DNA of 64,000 bases from Moniliella sp. 'wahieum' (taxonomy: Eukaryota): assembly GCA_003971905.1 (NCBI GenBank), contig RSEE01000001.1:930001-994000 (forward strand), given 5' to 3'. The first letter of the stretch is position 1. Each line of letters opens with the position of its first letter. A program made the translations under genes and the position numbers. Under the pieces are notes generated by a model, which worked only from the letters and a program-made list of their open reading frames with translations, was not told the DNA's origin and made no database searches. This document shows, piece after piece, positions 47,643 through 58,991 of the stretch.

Positions 47643-50070
47643 GTGGCGGAGGCTGCTTTCTCTGCCTGTACGGACTCTCGGCGAGCGTGGGGACTCGGAA
47701 TGATTGAAATGCACTGATCTACCCAAACTCGCTAATGCTACCATCTTCTTTCTGTTACTCTGCCATGAGATCTGGTAACCGGTAACCTCAGCTTTCCCAT
47801 CCGCCGAGCCTTTTAAATTTGAGCCATGCCTTACCCACCGGCCGCCACCTGAAGGGCGATGGGGAGGGTTTGTCCGACCCGCTCTCAGACAGTCGTTTAA
47901 ACTAGGATGCGCCCCTCTTCGCCTCTCGCAACGTCAACTTCGGGGACTGCGGACCCGCCCTGAGCTTGGAAGCACCACCTTGTTGGGTGGCACCACCCCG
48001 AAGAGACTCATCTCGAATCAATCATGCCCCGACACCTAGGCATCGAAGTCTTAGGCCTTCACTATGTGAGTGGGAGCGTACAGGTACTTTTAATGCGCCG
48101 GTGAATCGAGCAGCATTGAGTGCTCAGATTCTCTGAGCCTGACCCTGGCCGGGACCTCTCGAGGATCAGAACTGTCATGTCAGGTTGAGAGCGTGAACAT
48201 GGTGTGCACCGAACCTCTCTCTCTGGTATCTTTGAGCGTGTGGCCACGGGTTTATTGGGAAGCATGCCGTGGAATTTTCCGCGGGTATTTAAAGACGCTG
48301 GAGAGGAATGGGGACAGAAAAAGTTATAGATCACTAACAGAGTCGTCTTCATCCAGGTCTCCCAATGATAAAACCGTACATGTGATCTCGCAAAAGCACC
48401 CGACTAACAGCAGAGAGTGTGGTTTACCACAAGGTCGATGAGCGGCGCACCTAGGATTTTCTTCTTTCTTTCCCCTAGCCGTGACGACACAACGAGGGCA
48501 CTATGCCACCAAGACTGATGAGAAAATGTATGGGCCACAGGTGGCTTTCAAAAGGGGTTTCTCTCGTCGGAGGTTCAACGACTCACTCACAGCTCAGCAT
48601 TCAGCGCCCTCACATGCAATATGTCCACTATGCTGATCATGATCCGTATCTATTCGCGCTACAGTCTGTATGAAAAGGAGAATGAAGGGAGCTAAATAGA
48701 GATGATCCCGACCTGTTGGTTATTCCATCGGTCGCCTGATTTTGGGTGTGGGTGCCCAGCTGAAAGCAAACACTGGTCAGCGAGAGCCTGATGCTGAGAT
48801 GTGGTAATATAATACCAACTGGCGAAGCGTTTCTGATGTCTTCTGCTATAAAAGAAGGCTTGCGCATAGGTTGCAAACGCTGCTTCCGTAAAGGTAAGGA
48901 CAAAGAAGTACGTTGTGCCTATACTAGGATCGTCCATCCGGCGCGTGCTACTACTTCCTATAGTCCCAACAACGCAATACAAACGCCAGTGGAGGCCGCG
49001 AGCAGGTCGGGAGACCCTCTTACTCCCGCCAATCGCTCTTTGTCCAAACCAGACGTAGCGCGAGTGAATACGAATGAGGGTAGTATAGTGTTGGTGGTAC
49101 TAGCTTAGTACCCACGTCTCTGTATGGCCAGGGGGAAGAAGGACTTTTGAATACGTTCCTGTGATACTTGGCTGTCTTAACACCTGGGGGAGAACCAACA
49201 CTCCTTTTTTTCCCGACGCCTTTTTTCTACACAAACACAGTAGAGAGACGCGTGGCGGCCACAATCGTCTACCACCTTCCGGTATGCAACTATGCTGGCG
49301 TCCCTCCCCCACAACGCCTCTTCTTCCTCCACAGCCAGTTCAATGAGAACATGGATGTTCCGCCTGGAGCGCACAAGTTTGGGGATCGACTCCTTCCGTG
49401 TATGAATTGAGCCGAATATGTGCAGATCTTGCAGATAGTATCGATCACCGAGTCACCCGTCCAACTAGTGGCGAGTGACGTAGTGACGTCACTTACGGCA
49501 TCTGCATCACTAGTGATATTGATAGAGATAACTGGTAACCGGTAACTAGCAAAACCCAGTAGATTTTATTGCAGCGTTTGCCTTTGTTTTGACTTCAAGT
49601 GATCTAGTGATACACCCTCGTCCTCGTGGGAGCTGTCCTGCCAACGCCTTTTTATGGCTTGGACCAAGATTCGCAAGCGTTCTGCAGAGGCGTGGGTATG
49701 GGCATTGGGGCTGCTTGGCCGGAGCGCCCGAGCATCCCCTCTCAGATCTCACATCGAACATCCCCACGAGGTGGTCCGAGCAGCTGACAATTAAAAACGG
49801 TAATTAACGTGGTAACTTTAACCGGCAGCCACTGGCCACTGGCACCGACACTGGCGCCATGCCTGCCCCGAAACAGCTCCGCCGGTTCAGTAATACATTC
49901 ATTCACCGCTGCAGCCGCCGGCAGACGGAGGGATTAGATTACTAGCCTCGCAGGCCCACCAGTCGAGAAGAAGGCAACTGGGCCATGCTATGCTATAGGC
50001 TAGAGAAGTACTAAGGTGCCATCATCTTCCCGCTCGGCTTGCTTCCTGCCACCCCCACACCCTCTTTCGT

Positions 50071-52196
50071 ATGGACATCGCCACCCCTTCCCCGACGCTC
50101 GCTTCTCCGACCAAGCCTTGGCCCAGGCCGCCGACCGGCTCCAGCACGCGCCTCTCTTCCATGCCCATCGACCACGTGAGTCCCATCGCGTACGCAGCAG
50201 GACCCGGCGCGCAGAGGCCGCTTCCCCCCTTCCGTCGCACACTTTGTTCTGACGACAAGCCATGGCTGACAACGCTTTTTCCTTGCCCACCTTTCTGCCG
50301 TCCCATGCAGTTACCCACATCCTGCCCCCCTTTGGCTGGATCAATGACCCCACGGCCTCGCCCTGCTGCCGGACCCCACACCCACACTCCCACCTGGCAC
50401 ATGTACTACCAGTACAACCCCCTCTCGCCCGACTGGGGCAACGTCACCTGGGGACACATCCAATCTACCGACCTGGTTCACTGGGCGCCGCCTCCCCCCA
50501 CACTCTTTCCCACCCGTCCCAGCCTTAGCCTTGACCCCCTCACCCGGGGGCCGGCAGCCGAGGCCGTGTTCACTGGCTGTGTGCGTCCCTGGCCTCAGGA
50601 CCCGCACGAAAAGCACAAGGGTCTTGCCGTGCTCTATACTGCGGTGTCCCAACTGCCCCTGCACTGGTCCTTGCCCTACCGCCGTGGGCAGACAAGTCGC
50701 CCTTGCTACAACAACCGACGGCAGCCATCTCACCTCTCTGCTGTTCTTCTTCTGGCCCGCCGGAGCACTTGGATGTGACGGCGTGGCGGGATCCGTTTGA
50801 GGCGGCGTGGCCAGCGCTCCGTTCCTTGTTGGACCAAGGTCGAGCCCCGTCGTCCCAGTCCGACCGATTTGCCCTCTTGGCTGGTGGCTTAAACAAGGAA
50901 GGACCGAGTCTCTTCCTATACAGCCTCCCGGCACATGCGACCGGTGTTCCGACTACAGCAAGCCCTGGGCATTTGAAGGATTAGCACTCCATCTTCCGCC
51001 TCATACATCTTTGGGGATCTACTCGGCTGACCTGGGAACCAACTGGGAGACTTCCTCCTTCCTCCGTTTCCCACCCCCTGTCCCCGGAGGCCAGGAGACG
51101 GTATATATCTTGTTGGGCGTCGAGGGAGGCCGTCCGTGGCGACGGGACGGGACGCAGCACCGCAACGTTCCACGGGCCGCGGGCAATGCACGCTGGATGC
51201 TGTGCGTTTGCTTCCAAGTGGTCTGATGGGTCGCGCTTGCACACCAGTTTGCTCACCCCTCTCGCTTCGGCTGCGCTGGACTATGGCTCGTTTTATGCTC
51301 CGCATACCCCCGGCGGGCAAGACGAAGCAGCGAGCAAGATGATCTGCGGCTGGGTGACGGAAGATAGCTTATCCGACTCTGGCCGCTCGGCACAGGGCTG
51401 GGCGGGTTGCTTGTCGGTACCGCGCGATGTGATGGAACAAACCATAACGGGGGTCCAAGGCAGTCTCTTTCCCATCCCTCTCGACCGGACTGGCTTGGTG
51501 TGGACCGACCCCGTCGATCCCGGTACTGTGCGGTTTCTCGGCACGCGGCCTTCTCAGGCAATCTGGCCCCAGCTGCTCAAGGAAGCGGCGGTCCACCTCA
51601 CATGCCCACACCCGATTTCCCTCCTCATCCCTCCGCATGAGAGAAGGAGCTTGTGCCTCTTGTACCACAAGCTCCATTCGAGTTGGGTGCGACGTGGGTG
51701 GTACGGACTCGGATTCAACTCCCGCCCTCCGAGTGCACGGGTGGGAATCGTGATCAAGCACCATGCGATGGGCAGTCGTGCTGGGTCCACCTGGCGCGCC
51801 GAGGCGGAGGCGCAGGAGGGACAGACTGTCATCTCCTTCGATCCCCTTTCCTCTCAGGTGGCCGTGGACCGAAGTGCGTCTCATGCGCATTTGCTCGACG
51901 CGGACGGGAACGCGACGCAAGTGGACAACACGGACGATTGGGGTTTCCTCCCTGTATTTTACCGGTCTGCCTTGGGTCCGGCGCCCGAAGCTGTCGAGTT
52001 GGACTTGTTTTTTGATGGCAGCGTACTGGAGATTTTTGCCAATGATCGGTTTGCCTTGACCAGCCGAATTTACCCAGCCACGACTCAACATTCGCTCTGG
52101 GGCTTTGTGGAGGGAATCCCCAATCAGGGCGCAGCAGAGGTGGTTCTGGGCCCGACCGAGGTGTTTGCCAACTTGCCCCGCACCGTGACAGCCTGA
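50071..52196 (+). CDS. GH32 beta-fructofuranosidase (invertase/inulinase-like), no obvious signal peptide
   Basis: GWINDP (nucleophile), YYQYNP, WGHIQSTDLVHW, VFTG, WRDP, NWE, GWAGCLSVPR and C-terminal FDGSVLEIFANDRFALTSRIY. Intron 50176..50310. Several frameshifts; start approximate. Confidence 0.88.
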
Positions 52197-52910
52197 TCGG
52201 TCCCATGCATACTCAATCCAATCATCCTCTCATATCATCGTGCATAATGGGCTAGTACCTCGACCGTTCAGACACTTTCAGAATGGAGAAAGTAGCCGAG
52301 AAGGTGTATGGCAATATGCATTGGTAATCGAGCATCTGTGGCAGCCACCGCAAGATTGGTTCCTCACCCGTGGCCGCATAATGACAGATGATGACGACGA
52401 TCGGGCGCGGTTACTACACTGGAGGTGTGGCGGCCATATGGCAGCCACAGAGCGTGCAATACTGTGGGGAAGGAAAATACCTGGACAAGGGAGTGATGGG
52501 AGCCAAAGGAAGGAAGAATGCCACTGAGAGAAGCACAGAAGGTGAGTCAGTTTGCAAGCATTGCGTAAGAACGGGACAGAGTCCTGAAATTGGTGCCTCC
52601 TCTCCACCACTGCCTTCACCACGGGGATGCCTTACAGCCAGAAACTCTATCTTTCTACATTGCCTGTGTACTGTGAACTGGATAGCCCCGTGGAAGTGTT
52701 ATGAGCAGCTCTGGCGCTGCATAGTCCACGATGTGGATGAGCCGCTCAGGGTTCGCTCCCGCCAACCGACCTTATCCCCAGACACTTGCTTGCGGTTCTG
52801 AGTCTGCCAAGCTGCATCAAGGCCAGCAAGCTATGCTATGACGTGCACGAAAAGGCAACACAAGCCCATGTGGCGCTAGGTGCTTTGGGTGGTGGGTATG
52901 CATTTTGCTC

Positions 52911-55458
52911 TTACTTGCCCGAGAGCACCTTGGCCAGCGCGCTTTGGGATACGGTCGCCTTGCCCACCGAGCTGAGTTGAGCACGGGCCTTGCCCGCTTT
53001 TGCTTTTCCCACAACTTCATCTTCCGTCGTCGGTCGCCACCGTACATGCCCTGGGTTACATCTTTGCGGAACGCAGTGATCGTCTCGCGGGCCATCACCC
53101 TCCCCTCGACCAAGCCCTGGATCGCAATTTCAAACATCTCCCGCTCGACATATTGCTTGAGCTTGCTCGTCCATTGGCGCGCGAGGTAGGTGGCTTTGGA
53201 ACGATGGGTGATCGCCGCCAGCGCATCCACGGGGGCCCGCGCTATATGGAACGTAACCCCGACCACATCCGCCTTGGCCCAACCATCAATCTCGTACTCA
53301 AATGTGGCAAAGCCCGAGCTGCGGGACTTGAGTTTGTCGTAAAAGTCGGTCACCACCTCGGCCAAGGGCAAGCGATAGACCAACTCGTAGCTCATCGCGT
53401 CCGTCGGATCGTCGTTGGCTTGCGCCGCCGCATCGCCACTGTCGTCAGCCAAGCCCGTCACACTAAACTCGGCATCCAACTGTTCCCCACGATGTTCAAG
53501 GCACAGCGTCATCATCTCCCCCATGTACTCGCCGGGCACGCGCAGCCGGCCCTTGACCATTGGCTCCTCGATCCGCTCAATCGAGCTCCGGGCCGAAGGG
53601 TCAGGAAAGTCGACGGGGTTGGAGATGATGGCGGTGCGCTCGGCTAGGTCGGGATCGGAAATTTCCTCTTCAAGGCGGGCAAACGGACTGGTCTCGACAA
53701 GCGCTTTGGCACCACCTTTGCTTTGGCCCCGGGACGCGCGGTGCTTGTTGCGCACCTTGATCGATTCCGGCGCACGGCCGGGACGGTAGATGATTTTGTA
53801 CGGCACCGTAGGCGCGGTGGCGATCACCTCGGCATGGAACTCGTCGGCCAGACGTTGGCGAAAGACGTCAAGATGAAGCGAACCAAGAAAGCCACATCGA
53901 AACCCGGTTCCCAGTGCCATCGACGACTCTCGTTGGACCGACACACTGCGATCGTTGACGGCGAGTTTTTGGATGGCCTCCTCCAACTTGCCAAACTCGG
54001 TCGCATCGGCCGGGAAGAGACCGGCAAAGACCATGGGAGTAAGGTGCTTGGCATGCGCCTTGGCTGCCTGCACCGCCTGTTCCCTCCCATCGTTCTTGGC
54101 CAGCGGTTCGCCCTCGAGATAAAACACATCGTGAATGGCGGCCTCAGAGACGTTGCGCATGTTGCACGCGACCCAACCCACTTGTCCCGCTCGCAATTGC
54201 GGCGTCTCGACCGGGCTGGGATGGTTGAGGCCAACGGCCAAAATATCATACGTCTTACCCGTCAGGGAAGACACAATCTTTTGCCCCTTGCGCATCGCGC
54301 CCGACTTGATCGACACGAGGGCAATCACCCCACGAAAGTTGTCAAACCAACTGTCAAACACGTGGGCACGCAGCGTGCCGCCCTGGCGCGCCGTCAGCGG
54401 TGGCAGAGGCACCTTGGCAATGGTGCCTGCTTTGGTCTTGGTAGTCAACTGTGCCGCACCCTTTTCGCGCTCGGCGGGGGTGGCCGAATCGACGAGCACG
54501 TCCAGCACGGCCGGCACCCCGGCGCCCGTCTTGGCGCTGATCAGTAACGGTTCAATTGTCCCGGTGCTAGTGGGATCGTTGGGCAAGCGCACATCGAGGC
54601 CAAGCATAGTGCGCAGCTGCGACACGGTTTTGGGCACATTGGCCGTGTGCATATCAATCTTGTTGAGCACCGGGATGATCTTGAGTGGCGGATCGGTCTG
54701 CGCCCGGGCCACATTAAAAACAGAGATGGTCTGGGCCTGCACGCCTTGCGTTGCATCCACCAACAACAGCGCCGTTTGGCAGGCGGACAGACTGCGTGCG
54801 ACTTCGTACGAAAAGTCCACGTGGCCCGGCGTGTCAATTAGGTTGAGCAGCCATTTTTGCCCGGCCTGTTGACCGTCTTGGGCGTGTAGACCATACTGAC
54901 CGATTGGGACTTGACGGTAATCCCACGCTCGCGTTCCACCTGGAGCGTATCGAGAACTTGGCGGTTGATGCCCCTAGGGTCGTCGGAATTGACCTTGGGG
55001 ATGGTCCCGGTCAGCTCCAGCAGACGGTCGGCCAACGTGCTCTTGCCATGATCAATGTGGGCCAAGATGCAGGTCGTCACGGTCGGCAGCGCGGCGTACT
55101 CCTCTGGCTGAATGTCCGCGTTGGCCTTTACGTCCAGTGCATATGACGAAGGCAGAAAGGAGGAGGAGGAGGAGCCTGCCGACGCCCATCGTCGGTGGGG
55201 TGTGGGAGCGGAGCCGAGCGCAGGGCCCAGAGCGGGGCCAAGATGGGGGCCCGAACGGGGAGGACAGCAGGGCCCCTGCGCAGAGCCAGGGCGCTCCTGC
55301 CAGCCAAGGCGGGCAGGCGGGCAAAGCGATGGGCCATAAGGACGCGCCAAGAGAGGGAGGGTGGTGGCGGCTCGACTTGCTCTAGTGGTGAGCGCTGAGC
55401 CCGAGTAGAGGAGAGTAGAGTACCCCCAAGAAGACGCGGAGCAGCCGCCTGTTCCCAT
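52911..55458 (-). CDS. GUF1: Mitochondrial translation factor GUF1 (LepA/EF4)
   Basis: [57 protein letters not shown] and LepA C-terminal [20 protein letters not shown]. The stop at 52911 is reached after a frameshift. Start approximate. Confidence 0.95.
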
Positions 55459-56035
55459 TCCGCTGGTGCCGTTCTAAAACTTGCAATCTGGTGCGCTACC
55501 CTGTAACGTGCGATGTTCAAAAAGGCTGGGCGCCGGTGAATCATTAAATCAACGTTGTTCAATGTTCAAGCTCAACGTCCAATCCAGATTGTCGGTCGGC
55601 GCCTACCCTGTGTACCCTCTCGCCTCGGCACGACGCACCATGATGCATCAGGCGAGGCCTACATCCAGAGGCAGGCAGAGTGCGAAACGGTCCAGACAAA
55701 CCCAGGGAATGGCAACGCAGCTACTAAACAGATGGAGCAAGGGGGAGGGCAACAGCCAGAGGGGGGGGGGTTCGGGGTCGGGGTCGGGTTTGAATCGGGA
55801 CGAGGGTCGGATTCGTGCGGTAGGTACAGGCGTCACCTTTGGGCGTCACCTTTGGGTGTCAGGCGTCAGGCCTCAGACTGCGTCATCAAGCCGTGCCTGC
55901 GGTGGGGGCGGGGTGAAAAATGAAGAACCATCGGTCATGGCCGATAGGATGGCAGCGAGACAGGAGCGGATGCTAGACAAAGAAAAAGAAACCCCGCACG
56001 GTCAAGCGCAAAACAGACGCCGGTCGAGGCTGGTG

Positions 56036-57820
56036 TCATACTTCGCTCGGTAGGGAAAGGGAGGTCAGCTCGTAGTCCAGCCCTTCCTTTTGTGCCGTCT
56101 CGGCGACAAGCATGCGCCCGAGAGCAATCAAATGAGCCAGCCCATCGGCACCGTCTGGGGGCGGGAAGAGAGGCCCGTTGCCTGCCCGTCGGGCCGGACG
56201 GTCCAAGCGGAAGCCAGAACTAGCACCAAGCGAGTCAAGTCCACTGGGATCGAGTGCCAGCGTGTGGGCAGCAGCGTGGCGGGGATCGACATGGGGCGTG
56301 CCCAACGCCGACCAGGTGTGAGGGAAGTCGGTTTGGACCGAGGTCGGGGTAAGGATGGCACGTGCTTTGTTCTCCAATCGTCGGGCTTCATCCATTTTCG
56401 CCAATGCCTTGGTGAGGTGGGACGCAAACAAGGCTAGATCCCCACCGGTTTTGCTCGAAGAGGGTTTGGTCAAGTACCGTGTCACCCATCCTTCCTGATA
56501 CGCCGCCGAAGCAATGTGATCCGAGCCCGCACCATCATCAACAGCGCATCCAGTGCCACAGCCCAAGGTCGAGGGCGCTTACGCAGTTGCTGCATCGCAT
56601 AATCCAGGAGGGGAAAGAGCTGTTCCCACTCGGCGGCACCGCGGCCATCGGTCGAACGTTCGAGCGGCAGGCACATGGGCACCTCCATCTCAGCGCCCGG
56701 GCCAGAGAGCGAGGAAGGTTCGGACGGACAACGCAAGCGTTGGTCCCGGGCCCAAGACGCATACGCATACAACAAAAAGCTATCGGCCAACATGAGCCCT
56801 ACCATGTCCCATGTTTTCCCGTTTAAGCCTTCGGGGGAGCTGACCAACGCATCGGCCCGCTTCTTGACGCGGTGGGCCGTGTCACGGTAGGGGTGTACTG
56901 CGCCTGGCACATCGGTCCGGTCCATCGGGACATGGCGGGGCGAGGAACGGGGTGCGGGTGGGGGTCCTTGCTACTTCGCACAACAGCGGATCCCGCTTGA
57001 AGGCTTCCCACCTGCGAGGCGGGGGACTTGATCTTTCGTTCTCCCTTTTTTGGCTCTGCCTCGTCCTGCCTCTTGCGCGGCCGAGCGGGAGCACGTTCGC
57101 GAGCGGGCGTCTCCGATGCCTCTCTCCTTTCTGAACCAGGCGAAGAGACCGGCTTGGAGCCGGAGCCAAGTCCCCGCGACCGATCCGAACTAAGCGGAGA
57201 GCGGCGCGGGAAGGAGATCGGCGTCGGGGAACCGGCCGACTTGGACTTGTTCTCCCTCTCGGGCGGGGGCGAGGCCAGGTTGGCTGCCTGGCCGGTTGCA
57301 GTGGCAGACACACTCGGCTGGGCCACCGACTTGGTGCTGGTCTTTGGCTCTTGGTCCTCCAGTAGGATCGTGTGTGCTTGTGCTGGGGGAGAGCGGTGAT
57401 CGATCGGCCGCGTGGCCGTGGGGGGCGATGATGAGAAGAAGAGACGGAGCTGGTGCTGGAGCTGGAGGTCGAGCCAGCGCTGGCTGATGGTTGCCGCAGG
57501 GGGGGAGGGACGAGGGGAAGTTTGTTGAGTGCCTGCAGAAGCAACGCCAAGTCAGTGAGTCTGGTGGGGGGGGGGGGAGGGGGAGGGGGACGCACATGCA
57601 GGCTGGCGCGCATGCGTTGGAGATGCTGCGTTGGGTCGGCATGGGCCTTGTGGGTGGAGGAGGAGATGCGGGGCCGCTTGGGGGCGAAGCGGCGGGGGGA
57701 GCACCCGAAGCGTGGCGGCGGGCCGGGGCAGTGAGGGGGGCCGAGGGGGGGCGCGGAAGCGGGGCCGGCCGAGGGCCTGGGGGGGGCGGATGCGATGGAA
57801 GTGGGCAAGGGCGCCTCCAT
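56036..57820 (-). CDS. Hypothetical protein: Pro/Ser-rich disordered N-terminus plus helical C-terminal domain, possibly Ebp1_C / AF4-CHD-like
   Basis: Collinear minus-strand ORFs 56882..57820, 56823..57326, 56482..56925 and 56036..56566. The segment YRDTAHRVKKRADAL...LADSFLLYAYASW...WEQLFPLLDY resembles, by recall only, that helical family. Confidence 0.45.
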
Positions 57821-58991
57821 GGTGGTGGTGCAGGCTGAGCGTTGAGGTTGAGGGTTGAGGCAGGCAGATGTAGGGCGGCGGTGATGATGGATGAGGGGAG
57901 GCGATGCGGAGGGAGAGGGCGAATAAGCACGTGGGAGGACTGGGCCTGCTGGGGCCGGTTGGCGTTGTGCGGCGGCCGGTGGTTGGGCGGGTAATCACCG
58001 CGGTGCCTGGGCGCAACCAGGAGGAAAAAGCATTGAGTGCAACTGTGCGGCTGCGACTGATTGCAGTGGTAAACGTTAAACGCTGAAGAGTGAAGCGTGA
58101 AGATTGAAGATTGAATATTGAAGATTGACGCTTCAACTTGGCTGTAACTGCAACGTACCTTTCTTTGATCCGCCCGCCTCAGGCTGGCCAGCCAATGATT
58201 TATGACGCGGACTCAGCCGCAGCCGGCTGCTCCAACCGGGCCCAGCGCTGAGGCACTGCGGCTCAGCGCTCGTCCGACCTTCAAGCTTCACCTTCCGTCC
58301 CGCGTCCGTTGCGCGTGTCCGCCTGAGCTCAACTCGTTCTCAGGACTAGTCAGTCCACGGGCTGATGGGGACCAGGGAGGGACTGCCGAGTGGCGCGTAG
58401 CGAAGTGACTACTGTGACTTGCGAAGCTTCCGAGTGACTCGTAGCTCTCGTGCCCAGCGTTGCTCCGAGGCGGCCGCGCCACCCACCGGCCACGGCCACG
58501 GACCACCTGCCTCGTCTCGCGCTCTCTCCCACGCACCGTGCATGCTGGCTTGCGCACCATCCACACGGCGACGAAGCATCCGTCCCCGAATGTGACGTCA
58601 ACCTTCAAGCTGCACACATGAAACGGCTGCTCCCGCACACCACGACAGGAGACACCTGCGCCCAGCCGCATGGCGCTTGGCTGGTTGGGCCGCCCACAGT
58701 TCCGCTTCGGCCGTCCTAGTTCCTAGTCCCTAGCTCGCATTCATGCATCATGCAATCATGCACCCCAGCACACATCCCATCCCACCCTGGCCTACATCCC
58801 CCCCCATCCAGTAACCACCAATGTACGTCTGCCCGCCACCCATCCGGCCTCAGAACCACTGCCATGCCATCCATCGCCGCAGATACAAGTGCTGGGCTCG
58901 TAGCTGCCAGTCTATTCGTAGCGCCCTCTCTCCCCCGCCGCTGCTGACAGAACGATCCCATTCAACGCGCAGGCGGCAGACGCACGACAGG

